Assembly (NCBI GenBank): GCA_965208325.1
Contig: OZ242326.1
Span: 64,001-128,000 of the forward strand
Reading direction: 5' to 3'
DNA length: 64,000 bases
Source of the DNA: Candidatus Poribacteria bacterium
Lineage (GTDB): Bacteria; Poribacteria; WGA-4E; PCPOR2b
The notes below the pieces were generated by a model. That model was not told where the DNA came from. It searched no databases and worked only from the letters and a program-made list of their open reading frames with translations. Positions 49,733 to 60,720 of the stretch are shown here, piece by piece. Position 1 is the stretch's first letter. Every line of letters starts with the position of its first letter. The position numbers and the translations under genes are program-made.

Positions 49733-50950
49733 CTACTTTTTCACTGCTCCAAACGTAACGCCGCGAAGGAGATGCGCCCGCATAATGAACGTGAAAATCG
49801 CAACGGGCAACAGAAACACAAAGGTCTTTGCCGCAATCTGACCCCACTCTATGCCGCCAGAGCCAATCTCGCTCGGGATTGAAGGCGGTGCCGTTACAGC
49901 TTTACCGCCAACTTCCGTCAAGACTAGCGCGAACACAAACTCATTCCACGCCGTGATTAAACAGAAAACCGCAGTGGCGGCGATACCTGTCACGGATTGT
50001 GGAAGAACAACCTTTACGAAAGTTTGAAATCGAGTATACCCGTCGACAAGCGCGGCGTCTTCATACTCTTTTGGGATTTCATCAATGAAGCCCTTCATAA
50101 GCCAAACTGCGAAGGATACGTTAAAAGTTGTATAAAGCAGGATGAGTCCAAAATGAGTATCGCGCAACCCCAGTGCGCTGTACATCAGATAAATCGGGAT
50201 GACCACAACCACTGGCGGAAGCATGCGGGTACTCAGAATAAAGAAGAGCAAATCCTCTTTTCCCGCCACCTTAAACCGTGAAAACGCGTAGGCCGACAAT
50301 GTGCCTAACGAAACGGCGAGTAGAGTGCTAGCAAATCCAATGATGATACTATTCGACAGTTGATGGAAAAATTTTGATCCGCTGCATGCAAGCGACAAGC
50401 AAACAGCAATGACTGACAAGATGACATGGCTAATGAAAGAATATCGAATTAATTTGAAGTCTGTTTTGTTTTTCGGTGAGATGAACAAGTAGGCGGCGAC
50501 GCCGTAGATAATTAGCATCAGGAAGTTATAGCGGACTGTAGCTACAAACGCATACATGCAGGTTAAAACCAGCACCCCGCTCCAAATATGCGTAAATCGG
50601 AACATTAGCGCCGTACTTTGAACAAGCGGAAGAAGGCACAATATTCCCACAATAGCCTGTGTTACAAAAATATACGTGAGGAAGTCCACTTCAGCCGGCA
50701 TCAATGCTTGATAATGGTCTAACGTCCATTCAAACAGCAACAGTTTTGGCGTTTTGTCATGAATGTCGCCCGATGCCTTTAAAGAGGTGGTAACAATCCA
50801 GTATATCGGGATCAAATAGACAATAGCAGCTATCGCTATCAGAACCAGCGCTGTGTGATGCCGCAGTCTTTTGCGCGTTGCTCCGTGCGATCGGATTTTG
50901 GGGCGTTTAACGCCATCCCGCGAAATTTCACCTTCCGCAATTCGAGACAT
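49733..50950 (-). CDS. Carbohydrate ABC permease (MalG-like) with an internal hydrophobic insertion
   Basis: EDAALVDG (EAA motif), AWNEF; about 110 extra hydrophobic residues after TM1. Confidence 0.9.
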   Translation of the reverse strand: MSRIAEGEISRDGVKRPKIRSHGATRKRLRHHTALVLIAIAAIVYLIPIYWIVTTSLKASGDIHDKTPKLLLFEWTLDHYQALMPAEVDFLTYIFVTQAIVGILCLLPLVQSTALMFRFTHIWSGVLVLTCMYAFVATVRYNFLMLIIYGVAAYLFISPKNKTDFKLIRYSFISHVILSVIAVCLSLACSGSKFFHQLSNSIIIGFASTLLAVSLGTLSAYAFSRFKVAGKEDLLFFILSTRMLPPVVVVIPIYLMYSALGLRDTHFGLILLYTTFNVSFAVWLMKGFIDEIPKEYEDAALVDGYTRFQTFVKVVLPQSVTGIAATAVFCLITAWNEFVFALVLTEVGGKAVTAPPSIPSEIGSGGIEWGQIAAKTFVFLLPVAIFTFIMRAHLLRGVTFGAVKK

Positions 50951-50951
50951 T

Positions 50952-51866
50952 TTATGCCTCCCGCAATCGGTTCAGATATTTGACGTAGATGTTGCTGAGT
51001 GCCACAATGACAACCAGAAGAATGTATGCCATAGCGCACGCTTTTCCCGTGTTGTAGCTTCGAAACGCCAACCTGTATAAATTCATCGAAACAGTCTCGG
51101 TCGCAGTGCCCGGTCCCCCTTCATGCGTGAGCACATAAACAATGTCAAACATTTTGAAAGCATCCATTGTGCGAAACAGCAGGGCAATTAGCAGAAGTGG
51201 AGACACCAATGGTAAGGTAATTTGACGAAATTTGAACCAGCCGGACGCGCGGTCCACATCCGCTGCTTCATAGAGGTATTTTGGGACAGCCGAGAGTCCG
51301 GCCAATGAGATTAACATCATGAATGGCGACCACATCCACGTATCGACAATAACAACTGCAATCATCGCCATGTTTGGGCTTGTTGTCCAGGGAATCGAAT
51401 CGCGGTTTAAAGCGTTCAAGAGCGGGCTTAGAAAATAGTTGACCAATCCTGAAGCATCCGAGGCCAAAATGAAGCGCCAGAACAACCCGACAACTACGGG
51501 GGAGAGCATCATCGGTAGGAGAATCAGCGTTGTCACCAAGCCCTTATATCGAAATTGCCGGTTAAGCAACAGTGCAAGTCCGAAGCCGATGATAAATTGC
51601 GCAGCAACCGCGAGCACGACAAAATAAGCCGTCGTTCGGAAATACTCCCATATTTCGGGATCTGAGAGCAATTGCGCGTAGTTGCGAACGCCGATGAATT
51701 TCGGGAGGCGATTGGGAAGTGAAGCTTTATAACGATGAAAACTCAGATATAACGACCATAGAAGCGGGAATATATTCATCAAGATGAGCAATATCATTGT
51801 TGGCATGATAAACGCCATCTTGATTTGATAGTCGCTCAACCCACGAGCAAAACGGATTTTTTGCAT
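50952..51866 (-). CDS. Carbohydrate ABC permease (MalF-like)
   Basis: F.G..NY, W.W.PF, LYEAA.VD.A and GGPG motifs. Confidence 0.93.
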   Translation of the reverse strand: MQKIRFARGLSDYQIKMAFIMPTMILLILMNIFPLLWSLYLSFHRYKASLPNRLPKFIGVRNYAQLLSDPEIWEYFRTTAYFVVLAVAAQFIIGFGLALLLNRQFRYKGLVTTLILLPMMLSPVVVGLFWRFILASDASGLVNYFLSPLLNALNRDSIPWTTSPNMAMIAVVIVDTWMWSPFMMLISLAGLSAVPKYLYEAADVDRASGWFKFRQITLPLVSPLLLIALLFRTMDAFKMFDIVYVLTHEGGPGTATETVSMNLYRLAFRSYNTGKACAMAYILLVVIVALSNIYVKYLNRLREA

Positions 51867-51899
51867 AGATTCTATTGTGCAAATTAGTCAAGACGTAAT

Positions 51900-53216
51900 T
51901 TACTCGTCGTAGTAGCCCGCTTCTTCAAAAATCTGTTCGTGTTTCCGGGCAATCTGATCCAGAGCCGCTTTTGGCAATTTAGCGCCGACAATCACCGCGT
52001 TCCAGTTTGTTTGGCATACTTCTAGAAGGTCTGCGTACTCAGGCACTGCCCAGAAGTCTTTTAGGTAAGGCATGCTATCTGAAAACGCCTGATTGAACGG
52101 CGTTGCATTCAGGAACGTTTCCGACTGTAGTACCTCCCTATGCGGTGTGAAACCGCCGAGCATTGCCCATTTCTCCTGGACGGCTTTCTGAATAAACCAT
52201 TTCATGTACTGTTTAGCGGCCGGTTTGTTCTTGGAATAAGAAGAAATAGACATGCCTTGCCCGCCGATGCTGATGTAGTGCCCCTTTGGTCCCTTTGGCG
52301 CGATAAAGAAACCCGTTTTATCGTAAAATTTTGGATTCTGTTTCGGATCGATCGCACCCGCAAAAAAGGCAAAATAATTCATAGCCATTGCCACTTTTCC
52401 CGCCTTATAGGCATCTAAAACCTGCTGCCAATAGTAATTCGGTGCATCGGGAGGGGCGAACTTTATGAGTTTTGCGTAATATTCCAACGCCTTTACGGAA
52501 TCTTCGTTGTTAATATAACCATCGACTCTGTACGTGTGAGGGTCGCCGTAAGACCCGCCAAACGACCACATCACCTGCTGGAATCCCATTGTGATACTGT
52601 CGTATTCTTTACTGAAGTATGCCGCAATTCCGTAGAGATCAGGAGGTCGAGTGAAGAATTCGGCAATATCGAGCAGTTCTTTGTATGTTGTTGGCGGGGC
52701 TAACGCATATCCGTATTTGGCTATGAACGCCGCCTGTTCCTTCGGATCTTCAAATAGGTCTTTGCGGTACATAAAACCGTTGATGTCCACCTCCGCAGGA
52801 AGCGCCCAATATTTCTTACTCCCTTTCGGATACTCCGCAAAGGCTGTCATTGCTGTGTCGGAAATCGAACTGACATCAATGTTGCCATTCATCCATTCCG
52901 TCAGCTCAATGTAATGTCCACCAACAGAGTTTCTGCCAAGCCACTGGCTATCGCCAATGACAATATCATAGAGATCGCTCTTTCCAACAAACGCGGCAGA
53001 AATCTTCTCCTGAAAACTCCCCCACGGAATTTGAACTACGTTGACCGCAATACCCGTTTCTGCTGTAAAATCCTTCGATAGCTCATCCAGATAATCCGCA
53101 GGCGCCCATTCTGCCCAAACGACGGTCAATGGTTTTTGCGCATTTGTCGAGGGGGCGAGCAAAATTATGGCGCTTATGGTAACTACGAAAATATAGATGT
53201 GTGGTTTTTTCATCAA
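51900..53216 (-). CDS. Sugar ABC transporter substrate-binding protein
   Basis: Signal peptide; F..ETGI.V, YDIV, ALP....GF.YRKDLF and G..AM motifs. Confidence 0.92.
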   Translation of the reverse strand: MMKKPHIYIFVVTISAIILLAPSTNAQKPLTVVWAEWAPADYLDELSKDFTAETGIAVNVVQIPWGSFQEKISAAFVGKSDLYDIVIGDSQWLGRNSVGGHYIELTEWMNGNIDVSSISDTAMTAFAEYPKGSKKYWALPAEVDINGFMYRKDLFEDPKEQAAFIAKYGYALAPPTTYKELLDIAEFFTRPPDLYGIAAYFSKEYDSITMGFQQVMWSFGGSYGDPHTYRVDGYINNEDSVKALEYYAKLIKFAPPDAPNYYWQQVLDAYKAGKVAMAMNYFAFFAGAIDPKQNPKFYDKTGFFIAPKGPKGHYISIGGQGMSISSYSKNKPAAKQYMKWFIQKAVQEKWAMLGGFTPHREVLQSETFLNATPFNQAFSDSMPYLKDFWAVPEYADLLEVCQTNWNAVIVGAKLPKAALDQIARKHEQIFEEAGYYDE

Positions 53217-53453
53217 TCTCCTCCTAAATTAGTCAATGAGGTAAAGTAGTTTACAAATTCAAACTAAGGAAACTGCCGTGCGGGGTTATAACAATTTGTC
53301 ATCTAGCAACGGATTTTTTTGCCCATATTTGGACAAATGTCTGAGAATACTTGAGCACACAAAGCAAGGCAATGCGCGTAGAGCAAATGAAAACGTGCAG
53401 CGAATTGGTTAGGTCTTCCGCTGCATTTGCGCAACGGGATATTATCACGATTT

Positions 53454-55484
53454 TCATATTTCGTTCAATGAAAAATCCTCGCTGCGGGTCGAATCTTGGC
53501 TGTCGGGAAAATCGAAAAGATCGGCAATCTGCGCTATTTTTTCGGGATGCCCGAGCAGATATACTTCATCATCAACCTCAATCCGCATGTCTCCATGTGG
53601 ATTAGGTAAAACCTGGCCGTTCCGCAGGATTGCAACGACTGACACCTCGAATGTCTTTCGTAATTTGATTTCCTCAAGGGTTTTTTCAACAAAAGGGGAT
53701 CTCTTATCAACCCGTAAAACTGAAATCTCAAGATCGGGAAGATGCACGTCCCGGTGGGGAAGAGATAACATATCTTTGGATGGAGTGCGGAACATCTTGT
53801 AACCATCGGCACGCACGTCGGCAATGAAACGTTCAATCTCATCGTGCGGGACGAGGTACTCCATCAATACTCGAGTGAAAATCTCGACTGATGTCTCAAA
53901 CTCCTCCGGAATTACTTCGTTCGCACCGGCATGATATAGCGGTTCTACCTCAGCTATATGCCGAGTTCTGACGATTATATGCGCCGCGGGATTCAATGCA
54001 CGGGCGGTTCCTACGATTCGGCGGGAGGACGCATCGTCCGAAATTGCTACGACAACGACACGCGCGGATTTGATGTTTGCATGGTGAAGTACGGCATCGT
54101 GAACTGCGTCACCGAAGAAAATGGGCTCGCCATTTGTCCGGGCAGAACGCACAATTTCATTATTCATTTCGATAACGACATACGGTAGATCTGCCGCCGC
54201 GGCCGCCTTTGCAACGTTTTTTCCGTTGATTCCGAAGCCGATAATTATAATATGGTTACTTTGCTCCGGATTTGGTTTCGAATGAGTTTGCCTCAATCCT
54301 GACACCAGTCGTTTCGGAAGCCGCAATCGCAGTATCCTATCGGCAACTCGCCCGGATACCGAGACGACAATCGGTGTAGCAGCCATAGTTATAACCGAAA
54401 CAGCCAGAAACAATTTATAATTTGCTTCGCTGAATAAACCGTGTTTTATGCCTTCATTCGACAGGATAAATGCAAATTCTCCCACTTGACTAAGTGCGAG
54501 CCCTGCAAGGATTGCCGTGCGCAATGGATATCCAATACTGGAAGTTACTGCGCCTGCGACGATGCTCTTTGCAGCCAAAACGCCAATTGCGAGACCGGCA
54601 ATCAAAAATGGCTTTTCGATCAGAACGTGAAAATCGAATAACATTCCTACTGATACGAAGAAGAAACTCGTGAACACATCCCTAAAAGGTGAAATATGAC
54701 CCAGCGCGTCGTGGCTGGATTCTGATTCGGAGACAATCAGTCCTGCCAGAAATGCGCCAAGTGCCAATGAGACACCGAAAATTGACGTCACCCACGTGAC
54801 AGCTAAGCAAATGGCGAGTACGCTCAATAAAAAAACTTCGCGGCTCCGCGTCCGTAACACCTGCGAAAGCAATAGTGGGACAACGTATTTTGCACCCACA
54901 ATTACTACGACAACCATCACCGCGCCCTTTGCCAGCAACGAAATGAGTGCTTGGTTCACCTCACTCGCTTCGCCGGCAAGAATTGGCGTAATCAATATCA
55001 TGGGTACAATTGCGATATCTTGAAAAATAAGGATTCCCAGCGCCGTACGTCCGTGAGGTGTTCGCGTTTCATCTCGCTCTTGTAGAAGTTTCATCACAAT
55101 CACAGTACTGCTTACGGCCGAAAGGCATCCTACGAATATCGCTTGGTTGGCTACCATGCCAAAATGTCGAGCGATGATAAACGTTGCTAATAGCGTAAAT
55201 CCTACCTGCAGCGGTCCGCCTATAAGTACGGTACGCTTGACCTGCAGTAGATAATCCAACGAAAATTCAATCCCGATAGTGAACAACAGCAAAATGATTC
55301 CCACCTCTGCTAGAATTTCAACTTCACCATCGGCCTGAACCAGCGCCAATCCATGAGGTCCAGCTATCAGTCCCGTCAAAAGAAAGCCGACAATGGCAGG
55401 CACATGGAGCCTATGGCAGATAAGCAAACAACAAATAGACAACACGAATATGATGCAGATGTCGTAAAGCAAAGGAATTTCCAT
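53454..55484 (-). CDS. CPA2 family K+/H+ antiporter (KefC-like) with RCK-N and RCK-C domains (likely start 55484)
   Basis: AEVGIILLLF.IG.E, SSTV, FQDIA and SQVGEFAF; IIGFG.NG KTN domain; TrkA-C tail. Confidence 0.92.
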   Translation of the reverse strand: MEIPLLYDICIIFVLSICCLLICHRLHVPAIVGFLLTGLIAGPHGLALVQADGEVEILAEVGIILLLFTIGIEFSLDYLLQVKRTVLIGGPLQVGFTLLATFIIARHFGMVANQAIFVGCLSAVSSTVIVMKLLQERDETRTPHGRTALGILIFQDIAIVPMILITPILAGEASEVNQALISLLAKGAVMVVVVIVGAKYVVPLLLSQVLRTRSREVFLLSVLAICLAVTWVTSIFGVSLALGAFLAGLIVSESESSHDALGHISPFRDVFTSFFFVSVGMLFDFHVLIEKPFLIAGLAIGVLAAKSIVAGAVTSSIGYPLRTAILAGLALSQVGEFAFILSNEGIKHGLFSEANYKLFLAVSVITMAATPIVVSVSGRVADRILRLRLPKRLVSGLRQTHSKPNPEQSNHIIIIGFGINGKNVAKAAAAADLPYVVIEMNNEIVRSARTNGEPIFFGDAVHDAVLHHANIKSARVVVVAISDDASSRRIVGTARALNPAAHIIVRTRHIAEVEPLYHAGANEVIPEEFETSVEIFTRVLMEYLVPHDEIERFIADVRADGYKMFRTPSKDMLSLPHRDVHLPDLEISVLRVDKRSPFVEKTLEEIKLRKTFEVSVVAILRNGQVLPNPHGDMRIEVDDEVYLLGHPEKIAQIADLFDFPDSQDSTRSEDFSLNEI

Positions 55485-55900
55485 AATAAATCCATGCTTT
55501 AATGAATGGTGACAATAAAGATCGGTTAAATCAATTTCGTCGAAAGGGAACCCTTCCTTCAAACCACCGATTAAGTTCTCCCGCCAAAAACGCCACCTTA
55601 CGAAAGTTCAATCCAATTAATAGCAGACTGCGTTCTTCAAATGCCGGATACATGTTTCTAACCGGGGTAATCTTGTCAAAATCTACTGGTAGCGGCAAAC
55701 TGGGTTTCGCGGTGAAAAGGCAGGAGGTCGTTCGGGTTGACGATTGGGAATATGCTTACTTGCGGTAAATCTCTAAGTCGCATTTATTCGAGCAGCACCG
55801 ATTGAAATCATATCAATGATGGATGAAAAACTCCGGTGATGTGAACAACTGTGTTGACAATATTCCCCGATTCACACACCCGCGTTGGCTAATCCTCGTG

Positions 55901-56329
55901 TTAATTCGGTTGCACAAACTCGATGAGGATACCGTCCGGGGCTTTTGCGCAAGCAACGCCCACAGCATCCGGTGCGTCGACAGGATCAGCCACAAACTCT
56001 ACCCCTTTCTGTTTGAGTTTTTTGACGGTTCCCTCAATATCATCGACGAGAATAGTTAGCCAACCTAAACCGGCGCCAAAACTGTGTTCGGGAGGCGATG
56101 GCGGCGTTTCAATATCCATCAGTTTAATCAGTGTGTTACCAGCCTGCACTCGGACTTGATGAAATCCACGCGGCGCAAGACCGACTTTTTGTGCCAACGG
56201 CGCGGAAATGTCGAGTTCCATCACAATCTCCAAGCCCAGCAACTCGTGGTAGAAGCGAAGCGATTCCTCGAAATTACTGCAGGTGATGGCTATGTCAACG
56301 GTTGGACGTTTCAGTTCGAGTATGGACAT
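55901..56329 (-). CDS. VOC/glyoxalase family protein (likely start 56329)
   Basis: IAI...E.SL.FY..LLGL, V.DI......L...GV and PDG.LIE motifs; GGAGG RBS. Confidence 0.85.
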   Translation of the reverse strand: MSILELKRPTVDIAITCSNFEESLRFYHELLGLEIVMELDISAPLAQKVGLAPRGFHQVRVQAGNTLIKLMDIETPPSPPEHSFGAGLGWLTILVDDIEGTVKKLKQKGVEFVADPVDAPDAVGVACAKAPDGILIEFVQPN

Positions 56330-56491
56330 AAAAACCTCCGTTCTTTTTTGGATTTCAAGATTGGAATGCGAATACCGCTCAAAAATCACCCGATCGAAAA
56401 GGCACCGACTACTGCGCGGGTGTCCGTCACGTAGGAAAACTCGGCGGGATTGGTGTAGCCCATCCAAAGGCTTTCCGATTCTGAAGGGGCT

Positions 56492-57535
56492 CTACTCATG
56501 ACAGTGTCCATAGTGATAGTGCAAGCGGAGTAGATCCAAACCGAAATCATCCTCCAAATGCCGCCAGACCGAATGGATATGATTCGCGTCGTTTTGCGTA
56601 TTGTCATATTCCACAAAAAATGACGGTCCGTGAATCCGATAATAATGCGCTGCACCGCGATCCAGTCTGCCTGCCCAGGCGAAGTGAATGTCGTTTACAC
56701 CGTCATGACGTAACTTCTGTGTTTCAAATGCAGCCAGTGAATCTGGAAGCCGATCGATGTACGTTCGTACGAGATTCATCAATGTGCCGCGCTGGTCGGA
56801 AGTCATCAAATCCGCTGCCAACCCTTCAACAGCCTCAAACTCTATTTTCGGGGCAGCTTTCGTGATAATGTCTCTGGGCGCTGTCGTCGTGATAACCGTA
56901 TTCTTTTTCTGTTCACCGTTCAGGCTGTCCAAAAGAACCCGCGCAAAATCTTCCTCGGCTGACAGGATGCGCAGCCCCGTTTTGGGTCCATACCTCACAT
57001 GTGCGGGGTTGGACCCGAAGAAGAAAGGTGTCGGTGCGATTAACGCTCGGTTCACGATTGTAAAATTAACCGAGACATGATGCCCTTCCGTTCGCCAGCC
57101 CCATGGCTCTGTGTTTGTAGGATTGCCGAACACGCTGAAATAGTAGAGATTCGGTATCCTAGCAAACCGAGCCGTACCGTCCCGGCGCTCCAGGTCGCCA
57201 AGCGTGGATTCCAAGTCAATTATCGCCCTAGCCTTTTCGTACCCCGTTTGACTTAATCCGCAACTGAGCAACCCAAGTGCCGCTGCCTGCTGCTTTTCAT
57301 TCATCTCTTTCAGCGGTAAACCCTTGCGTTCAAAATTCTCCCGCGGAAAGTAATGCCAACGGCGGCGCTCATCCACGTCGAATGCAAACTCTGCCTTTTG
57401 TCTCAAATTCGGCGTCAGTGACTCTAAGAATTGTACGCAGAATGACGCCATCTCATCTGCGACTTCCGGCGCGGAAATCAGCGATGGAACAGTTGGTATG
57501 CGCGTATTTTCTTGTGGATGCGTGTGTTCTGCCAT
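56492..57535 (-). CDS. DUF3500 domain protein
   Basis: FL.SL, ER..WHY.P, LS..GY, PWGWR.EGHH.S.N, YYRIHGP and NH.HSVWR....DFG motifs. Confidence 0.88.
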   Translation of the reverse strand: MAEHTHPQENTRIPTVPSLISAPEVADEMASFCVQFLESLTPNLRQKAEFAFDVDERRRWHYFPRENFERKGLPLKEMNEKQQAAALGLLSCGLSQTGYEKARAIIDLESTLGDLERRDGTARFARIPNLYYFSVFGNPTNTEPWGWRTEGHHVSVNFTIVNRALIAPTPFFFGSNPAHVRYGPKTGLRILSAEEDFARVLLDSLNGEQKKNTVITTTAPRDIITKAAPKIEFEAVEGLAADLMTSDQRGTLMNLVRTYIDRLPDSLAAFETQKLRHDGVNDIHFAWAGRLDRGAAHYYRIHGPSFFVEYDNTQNDANHIHSVWRHLEDDFGLDLLRLHYHYGHCHE

Positions 57536-57732
57536 GCTGTAAATCTCCAATTAAACGCTAATGACAATACCGCGTGAATACATAATCGCCGTAAATCTCA
57601 AAATTTTGCCACTATAGCACACAAAGCTGCGTCTCCTCAATGTCAAATCTTCTAATTTCACGATTTAAAAACTGACGCAAGATTGATTCAGATTAGGCAA
57701 GTTATATGAATACCTTCAAACCTGTGGAGATC

Positions 57733-58731
57733 CTAATCGTTCTTGGATGACTTTTGCCGATCACAATCATACTCAATCTGATTTACCGGATAACGAGGAC
57801 GTTCACCGCTGAGCACCCGCACCACCTCTTGAGCGGACCAGGCGCGCATATCTCGGCCTGAAGCTTCCGAGTACCAACCAATATGCGGCGTAATCATAAT
57901 TCTCTCGTCGCGCAAAAGCGGGTCGTCCAGCGGCGGCGGTTCGGCCAACAATGCGTCGAGTGCGGCACCTGCAATTGTCCCAGACTCAACCGCACACAGC
58001 AGCGCGTTTTCATCAACGAGTCCGCCCCTTGCAGTGTTGATTAGGAACGCTGTCGGCTTCATGAGCGGCAACGCCTTCGCATCAATGATGTGGTGAGTGG
58101 CGTTTGACAGAGGCATATGCAGCGTCAAAAAGTCGGAGGTGCGAAGAATTGTTTCAAAATCAACTGACCGCACGCCCATCTCCCGCATTGATGCCGCATC
58201 AACGAAAGGGTCGTGGGCGGTAACCGAAAGGCCCAACCCAATCCCTTTTTTCGCAACTGCTCGGCCAATTCTGCCAAACCCCAAGACGCCCAAATTCTGG
58301 CCAGCAAGCCGCTCAAGCGGCCGAACTAACATCGAATCCCATATTCCTTGGCGCGTCATTTCGACCAGACGCGGGATTCGTCTGACATAAGCCAGCAGCA
58401 GTGCAATGGCGTGCGTAGATACTTCGTCCACTGAGTAATCGGGTACGTTCGTCACCCAGATGCCGTATTTGGTCGCGGCTCCCACATCAATGTTGTCAAC
58501 GCCGGTACCCGCGCGGCTCACGATTCGGCACCGGCGCAGACGACTCAACATTTCGCCGGATACCTTTTGCCGTGCGACGATTAAAGCATCAGCCTCGATA
58601 GCTGCTTCAATCGCTTCTGGTGTGGTGAGGTTTCGGGGGTATAATACGGTTGCTCCAATAGCGCTAAGTACGTCCTCTTCAACGGTGGCATCAGTAAATT
58701 CGTCGTGGGCGACTACGACGATTGGTTTCAT
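57733..58731 (-). CDS. D-isomer-specific 2-hydroxyacid dehydrogenase (CtBP-like)
   Basis: G.GVDNID, NVPDY, GFGRIG, INTARG and TPHIGW motifs. Confidence 0.92.
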   Translation of the reverse strand: MKPIVVVAHDEFTDATVEEDVLSAIGATVLYPRNLTTPEAIEAAIEADALIVARQKVSGEMLSRLRRCRIVSRAGTGVDNIDVGAATKYGIWVTNVPDYSVDEVSTHAIALLLAYVRRIPRLVEMTRQGIWDSMLVRPLERLAGQNLGVLGFGRIGRAVAKKGIGLGLSVTAHDPFVDAASMREMGVRSVDFETILRTSDFLTLHMPLSNATHHIIDAKALPLMKPTAFLINTARGGLVDENALLCAVESGTIAGAALDALLAEPPPLDDPLLRDERIMITPHIGWYSEASGRDMRAWSAQEVVRVLSGERPRYPVNQIEYDCDRQKSSKND

Positions 58732-58782
58732 GGCATACCTCGTGTATGGGAAACAAGTGGAGTAACATCAAAAGGAACAAAA

Positions 58783-59754
58783 TTACGCCGCTTCTGCATT
58801 CAATATTTCAAGGAAAGCCGTCATGTAACCAATCGTATACGCCCGCCCTCGATGGTCCCACGGTGTATCATCGACGACATGCGGGACGTGATCGGGAATC
58901 ATGAAACCGTTAAATCCGACTGACTTCAAAGTCTTCATGACTGCAAACATATCGCAGTTGCCTTCATTGACGAACGCTTCGGCAAATTTCGGCACATGAC
59001 CTTGGACATCGCGGAAGTGTACGTAAAAGATTTTGCCTCGCTCCCCAAAATATCGTATCGCATCGATTACACCAGGCCCCATCTCCGACCATGAACCGAC
59101 GCAGAAATCCAAGCCGTGTATTTGACTGTCCCCAATTTCCATCCCTCTCTTGAATCCCTCAAAGTTACGGAAAAGACGCGGCACGCCGGCCAACGATTCC
59201 ACCGGCGGATCATCCGGGTGAAGCGCAAGTTTCACGCCAGCCTCTTCCGCGACCGGGAGAATCGCCTTCATGTAGTATTCATAGTTATCCCACATTTCTT
59301 CTTCACTGAAGATCCGTCCGTGAGACAGCGGCGCGTCTTTGACAAGCGCTAAATCGAAGCTTGTGACGGTTGCGCCGCCCCGACTAGGCGTTGTACTGGA
59401 CGTGCGCCACACACTGTTCGGCATCCAGTGGTAACCGAATGTCTCTACGCCTGCCCGTCCCATATTGCGGATGGTATCCGCCATGTTCTCAATTTGTTTG
59501 TCCCGGCCGGGCAAACCTAGCATGATCTTGTCGTAGAATTGAATCGGAACATTCTCAAGCGCACCTAACCGTAAACCGGCACTTTCAATCTGGGTGCGTA
59601 GGTGCAGCACATCCTCAAATTCCCAGTGCGTGTCACCGGGCAACGCCGGGGTATTGAGAAGTACGTCATCAACACCAAGTTGCTTGATAAACTTGAGCCG
59701 TTCTTCGCTTAACTGGTTGAATTGGCCCAAACCGAGCCGCATTTGACGTTCCAT
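58783..59754 (-). CDS. uxuA: Mannonate dehydratase
   Basis: I.LGLPGRD.QIE, LALHPDDPP, VHFRDV and PDHVP motifs. Confidence 0.9.
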   Translation of the reverse strand: MERQMRLGLGQFNQLSEERLKFIKQLGVDDVLLNTPALPGDTHWEFEDVLHLRTQIESAGLRLGALENVPIQFYDKIMLGLPGRDKQIENMADTIRNMGRAGVETFGYHWMPNSVWRTSSTTPSRGGATVTSFDLALVKDAPLSHGRIFSEEEMWDNYEYYMKAILPVAEEAGVKLALHPDDPPVESLAGVPRLFRNFEGFKRGMEIGDSQIHGLDFCVGSWSEMGPGVIDAIRYFGERGKIFYVHFRDVQGHVPKFAEAFVNEGNCDMFAVMKTLKSVGFNGFMIPDHVPHVVDDTPWDHRGRAYTIGYMTAFLEILNAEAA

Positions 59755-59767
59755 AGCTCATCCTTAC

Positions 59768-60067
59768 TTAATGAAATGTTGCCACCTGAATTAGATTTTT
59801 GCTAGAAATTGAACCTTCCTCATAGCAAGAATACCATTCAGTAGCATTTGGGATATTCACCATGTCCGCTTCTGCCTTCTTAGCATCGTCCTTTGATTTC
59901 CAATAAACGATGTCGGTATAGCCTCCATCGTTGTTTTTGTGAATCTCCCATTTGATAAAACCCGATTGTTTGCTCATCCAATTTTTGGCGATATCATTTG
60001 CTACATTTAATAATTGCTCTTCAGAAATATTCTCTGATAACTTGTAACTAATCACATCCTTGTACAT
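59768..60067 (-). CDS. Hypothetical ABM-like (dimeric alpha-beta barrel) protein, AT-rich (likely start 60067)
   Basis: W...Q.GFI.W......G.Y.DIV.W.S..DA..A pattern; AAGGA RBS. Confidence 0.65.
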   Translation of the reverse strand: MYKDVISYKLSENISEEQLLNVANDIAKNWMSKQSGFIKWEIHKNNDGGYTDIVYWKSKDDAKKAEADMVNIPNATEWYSCYEEGSISSKNLIQVATFH

Positions 60068-60131
60068 ACCAACATCCTTAAGAAATTCCGCCAAACCACC
60101 GGTTACACTTGAGTGCTCATTCGCTGAAGCA

Positions 60132-60581
60132 TTAGAATAGCTTAGTGCTGTCGAGCATTATTGTAACCGGACCATCGTTAATCAACTCGACATCCATCAT
60201 CGCTTGGAAAATACCCGCTTTGACCGGCACATTCATACGCGTGACGGTTTCTATGAATTCCTGATAGAGTGCGTTTCCTTTTTCTGGGTTCGCCGCCGCA
60301 ATGAAACTTGGACGCCTGCCTTTGCGGCAATCACCATAGAGTGTAAATTGAGAAACAACAAGGAGTCCACCACCGCTCTCAAGAAGTGATTCATTCATGC
60401 GTCCCGTTTTGTCTTCAAAAATTCGGAGATTGGCAATTTTATTTGCCAGATAAATTACATCGTTGGAGGTGTCATCCTGCCCAACGCCGAGGAAAACAAG
60501 CAAACCCTGACAAATCTCGGAAATGCATTCTCCCCCCACCTTTACATTTGCAGATTTTACCCGTTGAACAACAGCTCTCAT
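60132..60581 (-). CDS. dtd: D-aminoacyl-tRNA deacylase
   Basis: MRAVVQRV, LRIF.D, VSQFTL, GRRPSF and NDGPVT motifs. Confidence 0.97.
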   Translation of the reverse strand: MRAVVQRVKSANVKVGGECISEICQGLLVFLGVGQDDTSNDVIYLANKIANLRIFEDKTGRMNESLLESGGGLLVVSQFTLYGDCRKGRRPSFIAAANPEKGNALYQEFIETVTRMNVPVKAGIFQAMMDVELINDGPVTIMLDSTKLF

Positions 60582-60720
60582 CGTTAACCGAAATTGTTGA
60601 TAATCATTCAGATTTCCTCATCTTCGTGCACATTATTCTAGCACCGTTGATACAATTGTGCAAGCGAAACAAGCATGCATACGGCGTCGTCGCCGATCGC
60701 ATGAAGTAGGTGTTCGGCAG

